Both the position numbers and the translations under genes were made by a program. Shown here piece by piece: positions 1-58,904 of a stretch of 64,000 bases of DNA (within the stretch, counting starts at the first letter, position 1; every line of letters begins with the position of its first letter). Location of the stretch: contig OZ037772.1 of NCBI GenBank assembly GCA_964035545.1, forward strand, positions 6,556,889-6,620,888, read 5' to 3'. The stretch is from Bugula neritina (lineage: Eukaryota > Animalia > Bryozoa). The notes under the pieces are model-generated. The model was not told the DNA's origin, searched no databases, and saw nothing but the letters and a program-made list of their open reading frames with translations.

Positions 1-51
1 ATAACTTTCAGGATATTTAGTATAATAGCACCAGAGTATTTTAATATTTAC

Positions 52-4718
<4,667 letters not shown>

Positions 4719-4903
4719 TGTTTAGAAGATTCTATTACTATTAGTACTGGTATTAGTTATTGATTTTATTGTAGTCTGTATTGTTTTTCTAGACTGTCTA
4801 ATCACGTAATAACACTACTACTTATATGAATATAGTTGCGTGTTACTAACTACTAGTAATTGACAGCAGCATGTCAACTTGCAAGTATTGTATATGTTAG
4901 TGT

Positions 4904-4916
4904 TAACCTTTGACTT
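4904..4916 (-). promoter_or_regulatory. DR1-like nuclear-receptor element upstream of HAO-A
   Basis: Minus strand AAGTCA-A-AGGTTA, at the equivalent position to the element upstream of HAO-B. Confidence 0.4.
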
Positions 4917-5202
4917 CAACTGCTTGCACAAGAGCTATTTGCAACAGTTGAGACAACTCAGTGACGTCATGATAACTCAGATTTGTAACGTATAGCTCTA
5001 TCTTCACAGTGGTGAATTTTAACTGCTCCTCAGATTTTAGTAATTATTTAGAATAATCCTTCTCTATAATTATTTGCAACAAAATTATTTTCCAACACTT
5101 AAAAATATCATCTTCACATAATTAAACACCAGCAAGGTCTATTTATACTTAATACTATCTTCAGAGATGAGTGCAGAAAATGGAGAAAGTAATAAAAACC
5201 GG

Positions 5203-5625
<423 letters not shown>

Positions 5626-8470
5626 AATCTGTGGACAGCAGCTGTTTCGGGATTTGTCCCCTCATCAGCACAGAACAGAGTACCATGGCCCACACCTTCG
5701 CCATAGTAGAAACTTATAGTTTTACTAAAACATATTTAAAAGGTGTGTAAACTCAAGCCAGAGTGTTCAAGTGACTCTAGGAGTCACCTAGGAGTCACGA
5801 GCATTGCAAAATGCTAGCAGCTTGAGTTTGTGACCATGGTGAGAGTGCTCAATCATTTAATGTCATTGCTGAGCATTAAATAAGAGCGTAATATCTCATA
5901 CTGTATATAACTATGTATAGTTATATACATATGTATAGTATAGTGTGCATAGTAATATTATTTAAAAGATAACTCTATTTGTTGCGCACCATGCTCGCGC
6001 AGGTATAGGAGGAGGGAATTGTTTGCGTTGGAATTTAGGCGCGTGCTTGCATCATCGGTGCCGTAATAAACTAATACCCCCTACTCAACTAGTAGTAGTG
6101 TTACTATGAGTATGAGTATTACTATTTACTAGTATTAGCTTTAATCTTGGTCTTGGTCTTACTCACAGTTCTAATTGGTGTTGAAGTTACTGGTTATGTT
6201 TCATTACCCAGTCTCGTAATCATAATGAAGTGAGTCATGAGTCATGTTCATGTTCATGTTGACACCAATCACCAATGGCAATAGACATACTCACATAGTA
6301 ATACTAATAGTAATAGTAATACTAATACAGTAATAGTTATACTTATACTTATAGTAATAGTGATAATGATATTCATATTCATATTGATACTAACACTCAA
6401 CTAATAGTAAAAATAATATGATACTCGTACTCACACTCATACTCATCCTGAGTCTGACAGTGACACTCACCCTCAGCGATGGTGATAGTCATAGTCATTA
6501 TCAATTATGATTAAATCATACCAATACTTTATCTTATACTTGTAAGTTGTAGGTATAGTTAAACTTAATGTATTACTATTACTATTAGTATTACTATTAG
6601 TATTAGTATAACTATAAATTATATCAAGTATAGTGTAATGTTCATAGTCATGCTGTTACTGATAGTGATACTCAGTGCTGAGTAATTATAGTAAAACTTA
6701 ATGTTATACTTGGTCTTATTACTTATAGTTATATTCTCATACTGATACTACGACTATCTAACTAGTATCAATATCAGTATGACTATGAGTATGAGTATCT
6801 AGTGAGTAGTGATAGTCATAGTGTAAGTGATATGGTATAACTTATACCATATCCTGATGTTATGATTCAAAATTAGGTGTAGCATTATCATTAACTATGC
6901 TATAGTTATGCTTTTACTTATGAGTTCAAGTTCTAGATCAAGGAACAGGTTAGTATTTATATTAATATTAATATGAATGTTAGGCATAATTATAATTCTA
7001 ATAATATTAAGATACTGATAAAAATTTATATTGCAAATATTATTGTACATTACTAACTATATTAATAAGTATTTTAATGCTAATTGTACTACTATTAGTA
7101 TTATTATTGGTATAGCTATAAGTATAGGTATTAGTATTGTTGGGAGTTTAATGGTAACATTATTATAAATATCAATCCCACCACCTTCGCAGGACCACTG
7201 AGGTGAAAGGTGACCATTGTTACCTATATCAAAACGTTGACCAACTTGTGTGTATTCAAAATTATTCACTTAAGTTTTAGTTTTACCATAATCATATTGA
7301 ATATTCACATTGGGACAATGCTGGACTTTAATGTATATTTATGTCAATTAATAACAACCGATAGGCTAACAGTTACTGATATCAGTAGTAGTACACCGGT
7401 GGCTTCAAGTTTTGAGACAATGATAATAAAAATAGTCATATTGGTATTGATATTTCACTGTTTAGTTCTAGTTACTAGTCTGCCGCATGCAACTAAGTAG
7501 CTTATACTTCAGTTCTACTTCGACTACTAAATTTTGACTTTTTAAAGCCTTAAGGGTTAAAGGGTATAGCCTGTCTAATCAGACTCAGTATGAATATGGT
7601 GGGAGTTAAAATTATATTTAAGTCTTGCGTTGACATTGTTTTAAGATGAATATTTAGCTAACATAAAGTTAATTTAACTGCTAGTCATAGCTATTATCAT
7701 TATTTAATGATGATAATAGCTATTTTTTTAATTTGAAATTACTCATGATTATTTAATGCTCACAGCTTACATATTATATCATTTTTTACTAATTTTCTTA
7801 TATCAAAGGGAATATTCTACATCTATTTTATTATTCGAACTCATTAAACACTGGTTTGGAGCCCAACACCTGTCTTCATTTTCAACGCTGGTGATCTTTC
7901 ATAGTTTCAATACTGTAACTGAGCGGAAAAATTGTAATTGATGGTCTTAGACGATGTGCCATATCATTACTTGACCTTGAAAACTAGCACACTTGTGAAA
8001 TTGAAGACAAAATCTTTTCTTGAGGCAATTTTCCCTCAAAGCGATACCTTTGTTTCATCTTACAAGTTCAAAGACAGTGGATGGAACGAAGAAATCGGAA
8101 TATTTTTCTAGAAGTTCAACTCTTAGGTGCATGCTATTTGTATACCATCAAGGAATGGTGGACTCTCAGAGTAAAATTATGTACTCTGTTTGACTGTCTA
8201 TTCATAATACTAAACACCATTCCAGCAGTTGGTCATTAAACACTCTCATGGCAGTTGGGCATTAAACAATGACGTAAATATATAAACGGGCATTAACAAT
8301 TTAGACTTTGGTTTTTGTTTATTTTCTATTAGATTTATTCATCGTATAATAAAGTTCTAAAGCTGTTGCATGTTTCCAATTAATAATTTTAGATATGCTC
8401 TATCTATCGCAGTCTTTTATTACAGACCTTTTCATTATTTACTTTGGTTTATCCATACCTTAGTATGTAT

Positions 8471-8680
8471 ACTCAAGCAAATTTATAGTCGCTATCACTG
8501 TGAGAAACCCCTGATAGAAAGGGTTTTTGTTAAAGCAGGCTAAGGACTTATTATTAAGATGAGGCACAGGAGCAATTATGACTGGATGCTCTTCCCAACA
8601 TCACCAATGGCCTTTGTCCGGGCCTAACCCATGACCTTAGTGTTTACTAGGCAAACCCTCTAATCCCTAGACCACGGCTC
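8471..8680 (-). mobile_element. tRNA-derived SINE family 1
   Basis: Reverse complement of the 9227-9440 element. Confidence 0.85.
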
Positions 8681-9226
8681 TACCATAGTATGTATGCAGT
8701 GTACCTATGTGCTTGTAATTTGGAATTATCTGCTCGGTAATTTTATACCTGCATCTCACATTATCCAATGCAGCTGCTGTACAAAATTCAACACCTGCAT
8801 TGTCAATAATCATAAGGTTGCGCTAAAAGTAATTACATGAATATCCTGTTCACTCACTTAATTGTGAGTATCATTTTAGAACCACCTTTATCTTTGATTA
8901 TGAACATTAACATAAAATTTTAGTCACAAAGTTTAGCAATGTCAGAAAGTAGGACAGCTTGGTCATGCTGTTATTGCTGCATTTGTTGTTAATACTTATG
9001 CTGTTTTTGTTATAGTTCAGGCTAGTTACTATAGTCTATTGATGTTATAGCCATAAAAATAGGACAGGTCACAAAAATTAGTACAGCCTGATAGAGTTTA
9101 CATTTGATTGTGACTAGTCAACTATACTTAGCTACATTTATTTCATTTTATTCGTTCTAATAAACTGGGAATTTTAATGTTTTTTTGTGAGAGTGCCTTT
9201 ATTAGCTCACTGTTGGCTAAAAGACA

Positions 9227-9440
9227 GGGAGCAGCCGTGGTCTAGGGGTTAGAGTGTTTGCCTAATAAGCACTGGTCATATGTTCAAACCCAAACAAAGG
9301 CCATTGGTAATGTTAGAAAGAGAATCCAGTCATAATTGCTCCTGTGCCACATCTTAATAAATCTTTAGCTCAATTAAACAAAAACCCCTTTCACCTGGGG
9401 TTTTCTCACAGAGATGGTGACTATAAACTTGTGTGAGTTT
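9227..9440 (+). mobile_element. tRNA-derived SINE family 1 (~210 bp)
   Basis: Head GGGAGCAGCCGTGGTCTAGGGGTTAGAG with Pol III A/B-box-like motifs; body GGCCATTGGT.ATGTTAG.AAGAG.ATCCAGTCATAATTGCTCCTGTG...GACTATAAACTTG; about ten copies in the window. Confidence 0.88.
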
Positions 9441-11218
9441 TTTTATTTAAAAGACAAAGCTGTCTTGTTATTTAGCATGCCTAATTATTGTCTAGTGTTC
9501 TAATCTGTCCCCTGAAACCTAGTTGTTTACTCCATGCCTCTTATCAGCTGATGGTTTTGTATCACCAGTATGGTGCAATGGTATCTTTATCATATTGATC
9601 CTTATATGGATAGTTTCATGTGCTTTAAACTTTTCTTTACATAGCATCATTGTTTTTCACTCACAAAATATCCATACTCCTTTTATTCTATAGCAAATGA
9701 AATGTTGACTTTTCGTTTTGGTCAGGCAATAATCATTGCATAGACGCATGACTAATTGAGCACGTGATTTTCAGGTGGTCATGTGATGTCTTATCTACTA
9801 ACATGTCGCAACGTGATAACCTTCGTAATAAACTTGCATAAAGCCACATACTTCATGCAGTGACACAGTGGCATCTTTAATACTCACTGGAATAACAACA
9901 AGTAAGTGTTTTAAAATAATCTGATCATTGTAAATCAACATAACAGCATAACGCTTTGCTTGAATTATGCAGATGTAATCAATTTAATATATAAAGTTTA
10001 CCATTGGCATGGTTTATTGAAAAATGCTGTAAAACTTGTATTTTGAATGCCAATTTCGCTACTTATTACTAGCAGTACTGCATACTATATTCCAATTGCT
10101 AAATTCAGGGACAATGTTAGTAGTAGCTAGTAATTTTTATTAGTAGTCATCAGTAGGTTTTTATTACCCCAACAAATACAGCAAATAGCTCTACTTGTAA
10201 TATACTGATCTACAATGGCAGCGTTGCGTGTATTTTTTATTTTAATTTTGGCTGTAAATTGACAAATGTAACTTGTTAGCTAGCAGCTGACTATAAAACA
10301 TAAATAAAGCTGCCAGATGAGCACTAATTAGCAGTACTCATGTTCTTCTATTAATAGTTTTTAATTTCATTAATTCATGTTTACCTCAACACCAGAAAAT
10401 AGCCAAGACAGTGTCTTGGAGCATGAGTGTCAGCTGCAAAGCATTTATCACATGATTTTAAGATAACTCCGAAACCTGCTATTCCACAGGATTTTATTTT
10501 CAAAGCCTCAGATTGCCTGTAGAATTGTCTGCCCAATACACTGCCGGGTTTCAGTTGCAAGCCCCTCAGAAGTACTTGTTGACTATTGACTAACCTCTCA
10601 AGTTACTAATTCACTACTTATTGTTACCAGCATTAGTACTAGTCTACTATCTTATAATATGAAAAGGAAGTGGTTTTAAAGCTGCTATGTGCAGAGAGGT
10701 AGAATGTTACTTAAATATAAATGTTGGTTTAACATCTACTTATTATTTTAGTCAAATAACTTCTCTTGCTGCAAGCTTATTCACAGTTTTTGAAAAACCT
10801 GTAATTCTGCTGTCAACTATTTTAGTTATAGGTGCAGGCATCAAATTTCTAATATCCGAGAACTTGAAATTCAATTCAAATAGCAGCAAGTTTTAATAAC
10901 TGTTAAATTTATTAAACAGTGGTGCATACTAAAAATATGCTTCTTCTATCGTAATTTATTTAGTTTATATAGGGTCTAGGGTATATCATCTGTAAAAGCA
11001 TTTCCATTGGTTTTGATTTTCAAATGACCTTGTTCTGTTTTTAAATATAATAACTTCAAGTTTGTTTACCCGTTGCTATGTGACATATTTCATGTGATTG
11101 GTTTCTAAAAATGCCAATTTGTTAGATTTTGAACAGTCAACAGAAATTTTTACCATTGGAAACGAGAGATATTCATTTGATGAGGATGTAGAACACACAT
11201 CCCTAGAGTTTAAAAATA

Positions 11219-11391
11219 CAGTGCTCCCTCCGTATCTCACCAGACATAATAGAATACCGGATTTGACTCACGAATTCGTTAAATTCGGCCATTTTGTCTC
11301 TATACAGACATATATGAGCCACAAAACGTAGCTCCAAGTCTTTCTGGAAACTTCGTAAGAACTGGATCTGTGAGATACGAAGGAAGCACTG
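11219..11391. mobile_element. Tc1/mariner-type MITE (173 bp)
   Basis: TIR CAGTGCTYCCTYCGTATCTCAC at both ends, flanked by TA on each side; related copies at ~18415-18604 and ~31638-31845. Confidence 0.82.
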
Positions 11392-11642
11392 TACTCAACT
11401 TGCCTGGTCTCAGGTCTGCACGGTAGAAATTCTTTTCCACCCTCTCCTCTCTGCCCTCCCTCTTACTTGCAGGAAGCAATATGATATAGTTTGCCTTCTG
11501 CCATTCTGAATGTCCTGGAAATTACTCTAGTAGAAGCTGAGGTTTTGTAGAACTTCAGGCATGTCACGTCATGTTTCCATGTTGCTTCATGTTTCCATGC
11601 TTCGTTATACATAAACATTTACTCTATTCCCTGTAGCACACT

Positions 11643-23211
<11,569 letters not shown>

Positions 23212-24615
23212 ACATGTTGTTAGAGTCATCACTTCTCGGTCTACAGCATAATATTATATAGTGTAGTTTTCAATGAGGCGCTGGTTTTCCCAAGTTTGGA
23301 AATACCCAGGAATTTTTTTTAATTAGGGGAATACCCATCATTAGATGATGAGGTTCTATAAAGTCAACTTTTCTATTTTTACCTTCAAGCCAAGTTTTAA
23401 TGTAAATTATAACGTAATTTAGGAAAAAAAGTGTTCATTGTTTTATGCATTTCAATGATCAAAGAGCCGGGTAATTTGTTCTCTCCTTTACAAAATTTCT
23501 TCTTTTATTTCTACTTCTAGCTTTTTACCATGTGATTCTTATGGTTTTTCACCAATCAGCTTGCATATTAATTTTCCTATTGTTTTAGTAAGCAGCTAAT
23601 CAAAAAGCTTGTTACAGTTCAAAAGATATGCTGGCTTGATTGGTGTATTCCTTTTTCAGTCTTTCTTGTTTGTGCTCTTTTTTAATTCAATGCTTATTTT
23701 AAGATTCTCCAAATTATTTTTTATAGTTTTTCCATGATTATTTTAGAGGCCTCGGGTTCTCAGAATGTTTATTTAATTTTTATATTGATATTTTTGAATC
23801 AGGTGAAAAGTGCTGGGAAATGATTGTGATATAATATACTTTAAAAGTTGCAAAATGTGCTATTTTGCTACATGGTTGCTATGCAGTTGTTATACAGTTG
23901 CTATGTTGTTGCCATGCAGCTATACAGTTGTCAAGTAGTTTGTTATGACTTATGTATAGTCACTATGGTGTTTTCATGCAGTTGCTAAGCAATCATGCAG
24001 TATCACAATATGGCTGCTTCACAAATTATAGAATCACATATACATTTCATGCAGTATATTATTATTATCTTACTGATTCTAGTTCATAGCTTGAGCCTTC
24101 AAGTATTCTAGGAGTGAGTTAATTATAAAGTAACAGAGTTGAGTTCAAACCACTGCAGTAGTTGTGGAATGAATTACTTGAAATACCTAGTCCTGATAAA
24201 TCAACAATTTGACTGAAAATTTATGATTGGCTTGTGGTATGTTTATGAAATTTGAGCAATAAGATATAAAGTATTAAATTTCTCATTTTTTTACCATGTT
24301 ATGGAGTGTATTTTCTGATAAATTTTCTGCTAAATCATAGTATAGGTAGTATAAGCAAAAGGATATAATATGTGACCTGTCTCTAAACAATGAATGTGTA
24401 TGAGGTTTTGAAAAAAAGTACTCGGTGGTGAGGCAGTATTTTACAAACGTCTTCTAATTTAAATGGATTTTCTTATAAAGGAAATAGAACTCAAGAAAAC
24501 TATAAAATGAAAAGTATTGTGCTTTAATTTGAGATAATTGCCTGTTGGGAGAGCAAGTCTAGAATAAGTTCTGAACCATAAAAGTATTTACAATTTTCAT
24601 TATTGCATTACATGT

Positions 24616-24619
24616 ATTA

Positions 24620-24708
<89 letters not shown>
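24616..24708. repeat. (TA)n microsatellite
   Basis: Seen directly. Confidence 0.95.
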
Positions 24709-25071
24709 TTTACTACATTTATAATTTAGGAAATCTACTTTCCTCAATTTCTTCATTATAATGCACTTATAACCTGAGAAAATATAGTAGATTATAACTC
24801 AATAGGTATTAGGTACCTGACTGTATATAACTTTCAATATGTGAAAATAATTAGATTGCAAATTATAGAGAAGTGAGATTCAACATAAACCAACTTAAGT
24901 CTAAAGGAGAACACTATAATATTGTCACCGTGAGTTTACTAGAATTTGACAGATAAAATGCACACGCCTCTGTGAAGATGGAGATTAAGGAGTACAAAAC
25001 ATATTTGTCATGACATCTCTTACTTGTCATAGCTGTTACAATTAACTCATTTCACTCCTGCTGGCAGCTAG

Positions 25072-25084
25072 AGGTCAAAGGTTA
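25072..25084 (+). promoter_or_regulatory. DR1-like nuclear-receptor element upstream of HAO-B
   Basis: AGGTCA-A-AGGTTA, ~235 bp upstream of the ATG; conserved upstream of HAO-A. Confidence 0.45.
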
Positions 25085-25318
25085 ATGCTGACATAATGTG
25101 CAATGCATGCACACATTGTTGTGCTAGTTGACAGGCTTTACTAAGTTAGTGGTCACTAGTAACACGCAACCAACTGCATTGCTAGAAATAGGAGTATTAT
25201 TACATGAGATCATACAGTCTAAACAGTAGACACAGGCCAGCAATAACTAATAGTAGTGCTAAAAAGTCTGTGACACAAACATTTTTGTGCTGCCTAAATT
25301 CTAATCGGAACAATCACA

Positions 25319-29884
<4,566 letters not shown>

Positions 29885-30318
29885 GGGTCCAAGTAGTCAG
29901 TTCAACAGGAGATGCTTGTTTCAAGATTAACAGATGTGACTTAATGTAATACATGATGCGCTATTTTAGGAACTGCTTAATGAGCTACTTGATGTACTAC
30001 TAGCTTTACTACTCTTGGAGCTACTAGAGACAGTATTTAATGTGTTACTCTGTGCATTCTATAATTGTAATGTGTTACTTGATGTATAGTGTTTTATTTA
30101 ATCTACTGTATAACCTGCTACAAAGTAGGCTATTTTTACTATTCTGTTAAAGTTCACTTTTCACTAATATTATGCTTTAATTATCACATATAGTGCTTTG
30201 TTTGTTTTAACATAATATTGTATTTAACATAAAACTTGATGTATTACTAGATGCTAGTTGGTGCTCTATTTTGATGCACATACTGATATTGAATGTAATA
30301 CTTAGTCTTTTACCAATA

Positions 30319-30384
30319 GGAGCAGCCGTGGTCTAGGGGTTAGGGCATTTGCCTAGTAAGCTCGAAGTCTACGGTTCAAGCCCT
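30319..30384 (+). mobile_element. SINE family 1, head only
   Basis: GGAGCAGCCGTGGTCTAGGGGTTAG...GGTTCAAGCCC. Confidence 0.75.
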
Positions 30385-31146
30385 GCATTCACCTATTTTT
30401 TATTTCAGCAAACGCACCTAAAGTAAAATGCTAATCAAAGACACATGCATGCATTATACATGTAAAGTTGATTTTCTTAAACTTTCTCTATTTGGACTGA
30501 AGCATGTAGCACAATATAGTATTAGTACAATATCAAAAACCTAAATTGTACATATTTAACAAAAGGTACAACACATGTACATATGACACATGTACGAAAG
30601 AATAATATATTAAAAAACAAGTGAGACAAAATAAATAACATGAATGTATATACAAATTAACAGTAAACGTTATATGAATTGAAAAAGCCTTCGTTTTGTA
30701 GAAATTGTTGCACCAAAATGAACAGAAGTTTTAAAAATCACCAATAATAGCGCCTAAAAATTCAGAGCATATAAGAGAATGTGTCAAGTTAAGTTCCCTA
30801 AAATGCAGATTCATCACAAATTCTCAAAAGAAAAAATCTCCAAAACAACGTAAAGATTTTTAAAATTAATTTCATTTTTTCACTTCAGTTGATGGAGCAT
30901 TATAGGAAGACAGAAATTGAGTAAAACTAAGCAAAACTGTCTAAAAATGTCTACGTGTAAAATGACACAATATAACGACAATCATACAAATTAATAATAT
31001 TTACAAGAAAGTTTACAATTTAAATACAGATAGTAAATTAAATAGGAGTCAGTTAGCAGGTACTCATAATAAAGTTTAATATATTAGTGTAGGTATATAC
31101 ATGCTATAAAAATACTGATTATGGATTCAAAGAACATGGATGTTGA

Positions 31147-56617
<25,471 letters not shown>

Positions 56618-58638
56618 TTGTGTCAATGAAATCACAGTTACTCTCTATTAAACCAGCTAACGATTGCAAAAATATCCCACACAATGACACTGGGCTACTC
56701 ATTGTCAATCAATGCTCTCATTCTGAGCTTGCAATGAATTAATAATCATAATATCAGTATGCACCGCTGAAATAGAATGCAGCTTGAAGCCTGCGTCTCC
56801 TAACATTATTGAATTATGATGGTTCATCAGCCCTCTTGATAAACCGTGCCCTGTTATGGTGAACAATGGCTACACATTTGCATGCTGGCCTTGTAAAACT
56901 TCGGACTTCAAATAGAGATAACGACGAATAGGCTGACAAACCTTTTTGAAAAGTGTTCCGGCTTCAGATAGCTCAAAAGGGCGCAAAATACACGGGGATG
57001 CAGATCGAGCATATTATTATGTTGTTATAATTAATTTTGTAACCCTTAAAATGTTTACGAGTTTGAAAACCTAGCTATCACAGCGAGCATTGTTAGAGTA
57101 TATCTGTTGTGTTTCCGATCATTAAAATTAGTTTACACAAACTTTTCAACTTCCCTGAAAGTAAATTCTAAACTAAATGGAACATAATTTATGTAAAAGT
57201 TATTGCCGCACTAAAACAAAACATTTATTAATGGATGCAACCTAATTTTGGAATATCTTTTTTATTTAAAATTCAAGTTGTGTAGAATAACGGGTTGCAC
57301 TGCCGATAAATTCAAATTAGAATTGGAAAATCAAAACATTAACAAGTTTTGAAATTCAAATTGAAATTATTTTTGGTAATAATAATATTAGCAATAGTTA
57401 TAATAAATATTATAATAATAATAATATTAAGGAGTGAAATGTTATATCAATAATAATTTTAGATAAATATAGTTGTATTTTATCAATATGATTATACTTA
57501 TTATTTATTTAATATTTTCTCATTTGAAAATCTAAACTTATAATAATATAACAATAATTTATTAAATAATAATATTTATTATAGTTATAATAGATATGAT
57601 AATTATTTTTATTTTATTATTACTCATTAGCATTGTGAATGTGATCATGATGATGATGTTGATGTTCAATTGAAATTGATAGCCTAACTTACTCTTTGAG
57701 TTAAAGCTACTCAATTAATCTTGCAGTCTTTCAACTTTGCATAATTTGTTAGTTGAATCGCGATAAACCTTTTACTCTGAGTCTGAGAATACGTTAGCGA
57801 TTATGCTTATGTTTATCAATCATCAGTTTGATGAAATGATTGCCATTATTATGATTACCACAGTCATGCTGTTATTTGACACTTATGCTATAGTTATACT
57901 AATACTAACAGTCTTAGTAATATTAAGTTTAAAAGACTTGCTGATTCTTAAAGATATTCTTATATTCTAAAACTTATAATTAATAACACATAATTTGATA
58001 TAAAATAATGCATTTGCCGATGATAAAATAAATCAATAGTATTATTGTTGTAAGATAATAATGTATCCATAATTCTATAATTATTATTAAGGTTATCTTC
58101 TAAGTCAAATGTTGTTTAATTGAATTTAATGAGTTCTGAAGTAGACCTAGATTGCTATCCTCTATCAGGCAGTTCATTTATTTTTGAATTCATGTTGCAG
58201 TATGAACATGTTATACTATTAAAGTTATCACTCTGACTAAAAATAAGTATGGCTCTGAGTACGTTAATATGGACATCAAGCTTAGCAGGGTTATCAAATA
58301 ATTATGAACATTATTTATTACTTTCTCAAATCTAGGCTGATTCATTCACTGAAGAATCTTAGCAAAAGAAGAGATTACAGCAGTGCTAGGACTTGACATT
58401 TTCTAATTTTAGGCAAATAAAGTTGCATATGATTGGAATTTCTTTATAGTGTGACAAATTGAAATTGACTCACCAACTGAATATGGTCATCAAGATCATG
58501 GCCTTTTTATTTCAACAGTTTTTGCTAGCATGAACAGTGTGATATAGCTTAGTTCGTCATTTCATTTATTACCGTAGACGTTTTGTTATGCTGAAAGCTA
58601 AGCTACTCAAATGAGTATTAGCTGTACTGCTTTGACAA

Positions 58639-58826
58639 GGGATCAGCAGTGGTGTAGGGGTTACAGCACTGGCTGTCATGGTTTCGAACTCAGTAAGGTC
58701 ATTGGTGATGTTAGAAAGAGCATCCAGTCATAATTGCTCCTGTGCTATGTATAAATTAGTCCTTAGTCTGCTTTAAAAAGTCTTTCTCTCAGGGGTTTTC
58801 TCATCGATAACGACTATAAACTTGCA
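58639..58826 (+). mobile_element. tRNA-derived SINE family 1, just upstream of the first FN3K coding exon
   Basis: Family body CATTGGTGATGTTAGAAAGAGCATCCAGTCATAATTGCTCCTGTG...GACTATAAACTTG. Confidence 0.82.
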
Positions 58827-58904
58827 TTAGTTTTTCAGTTCCTTGACAATTATTTTGCTCTACAGCTGTTCCCACTTGCTTTGAGATATCATGATGCTCT
58901 TGGA

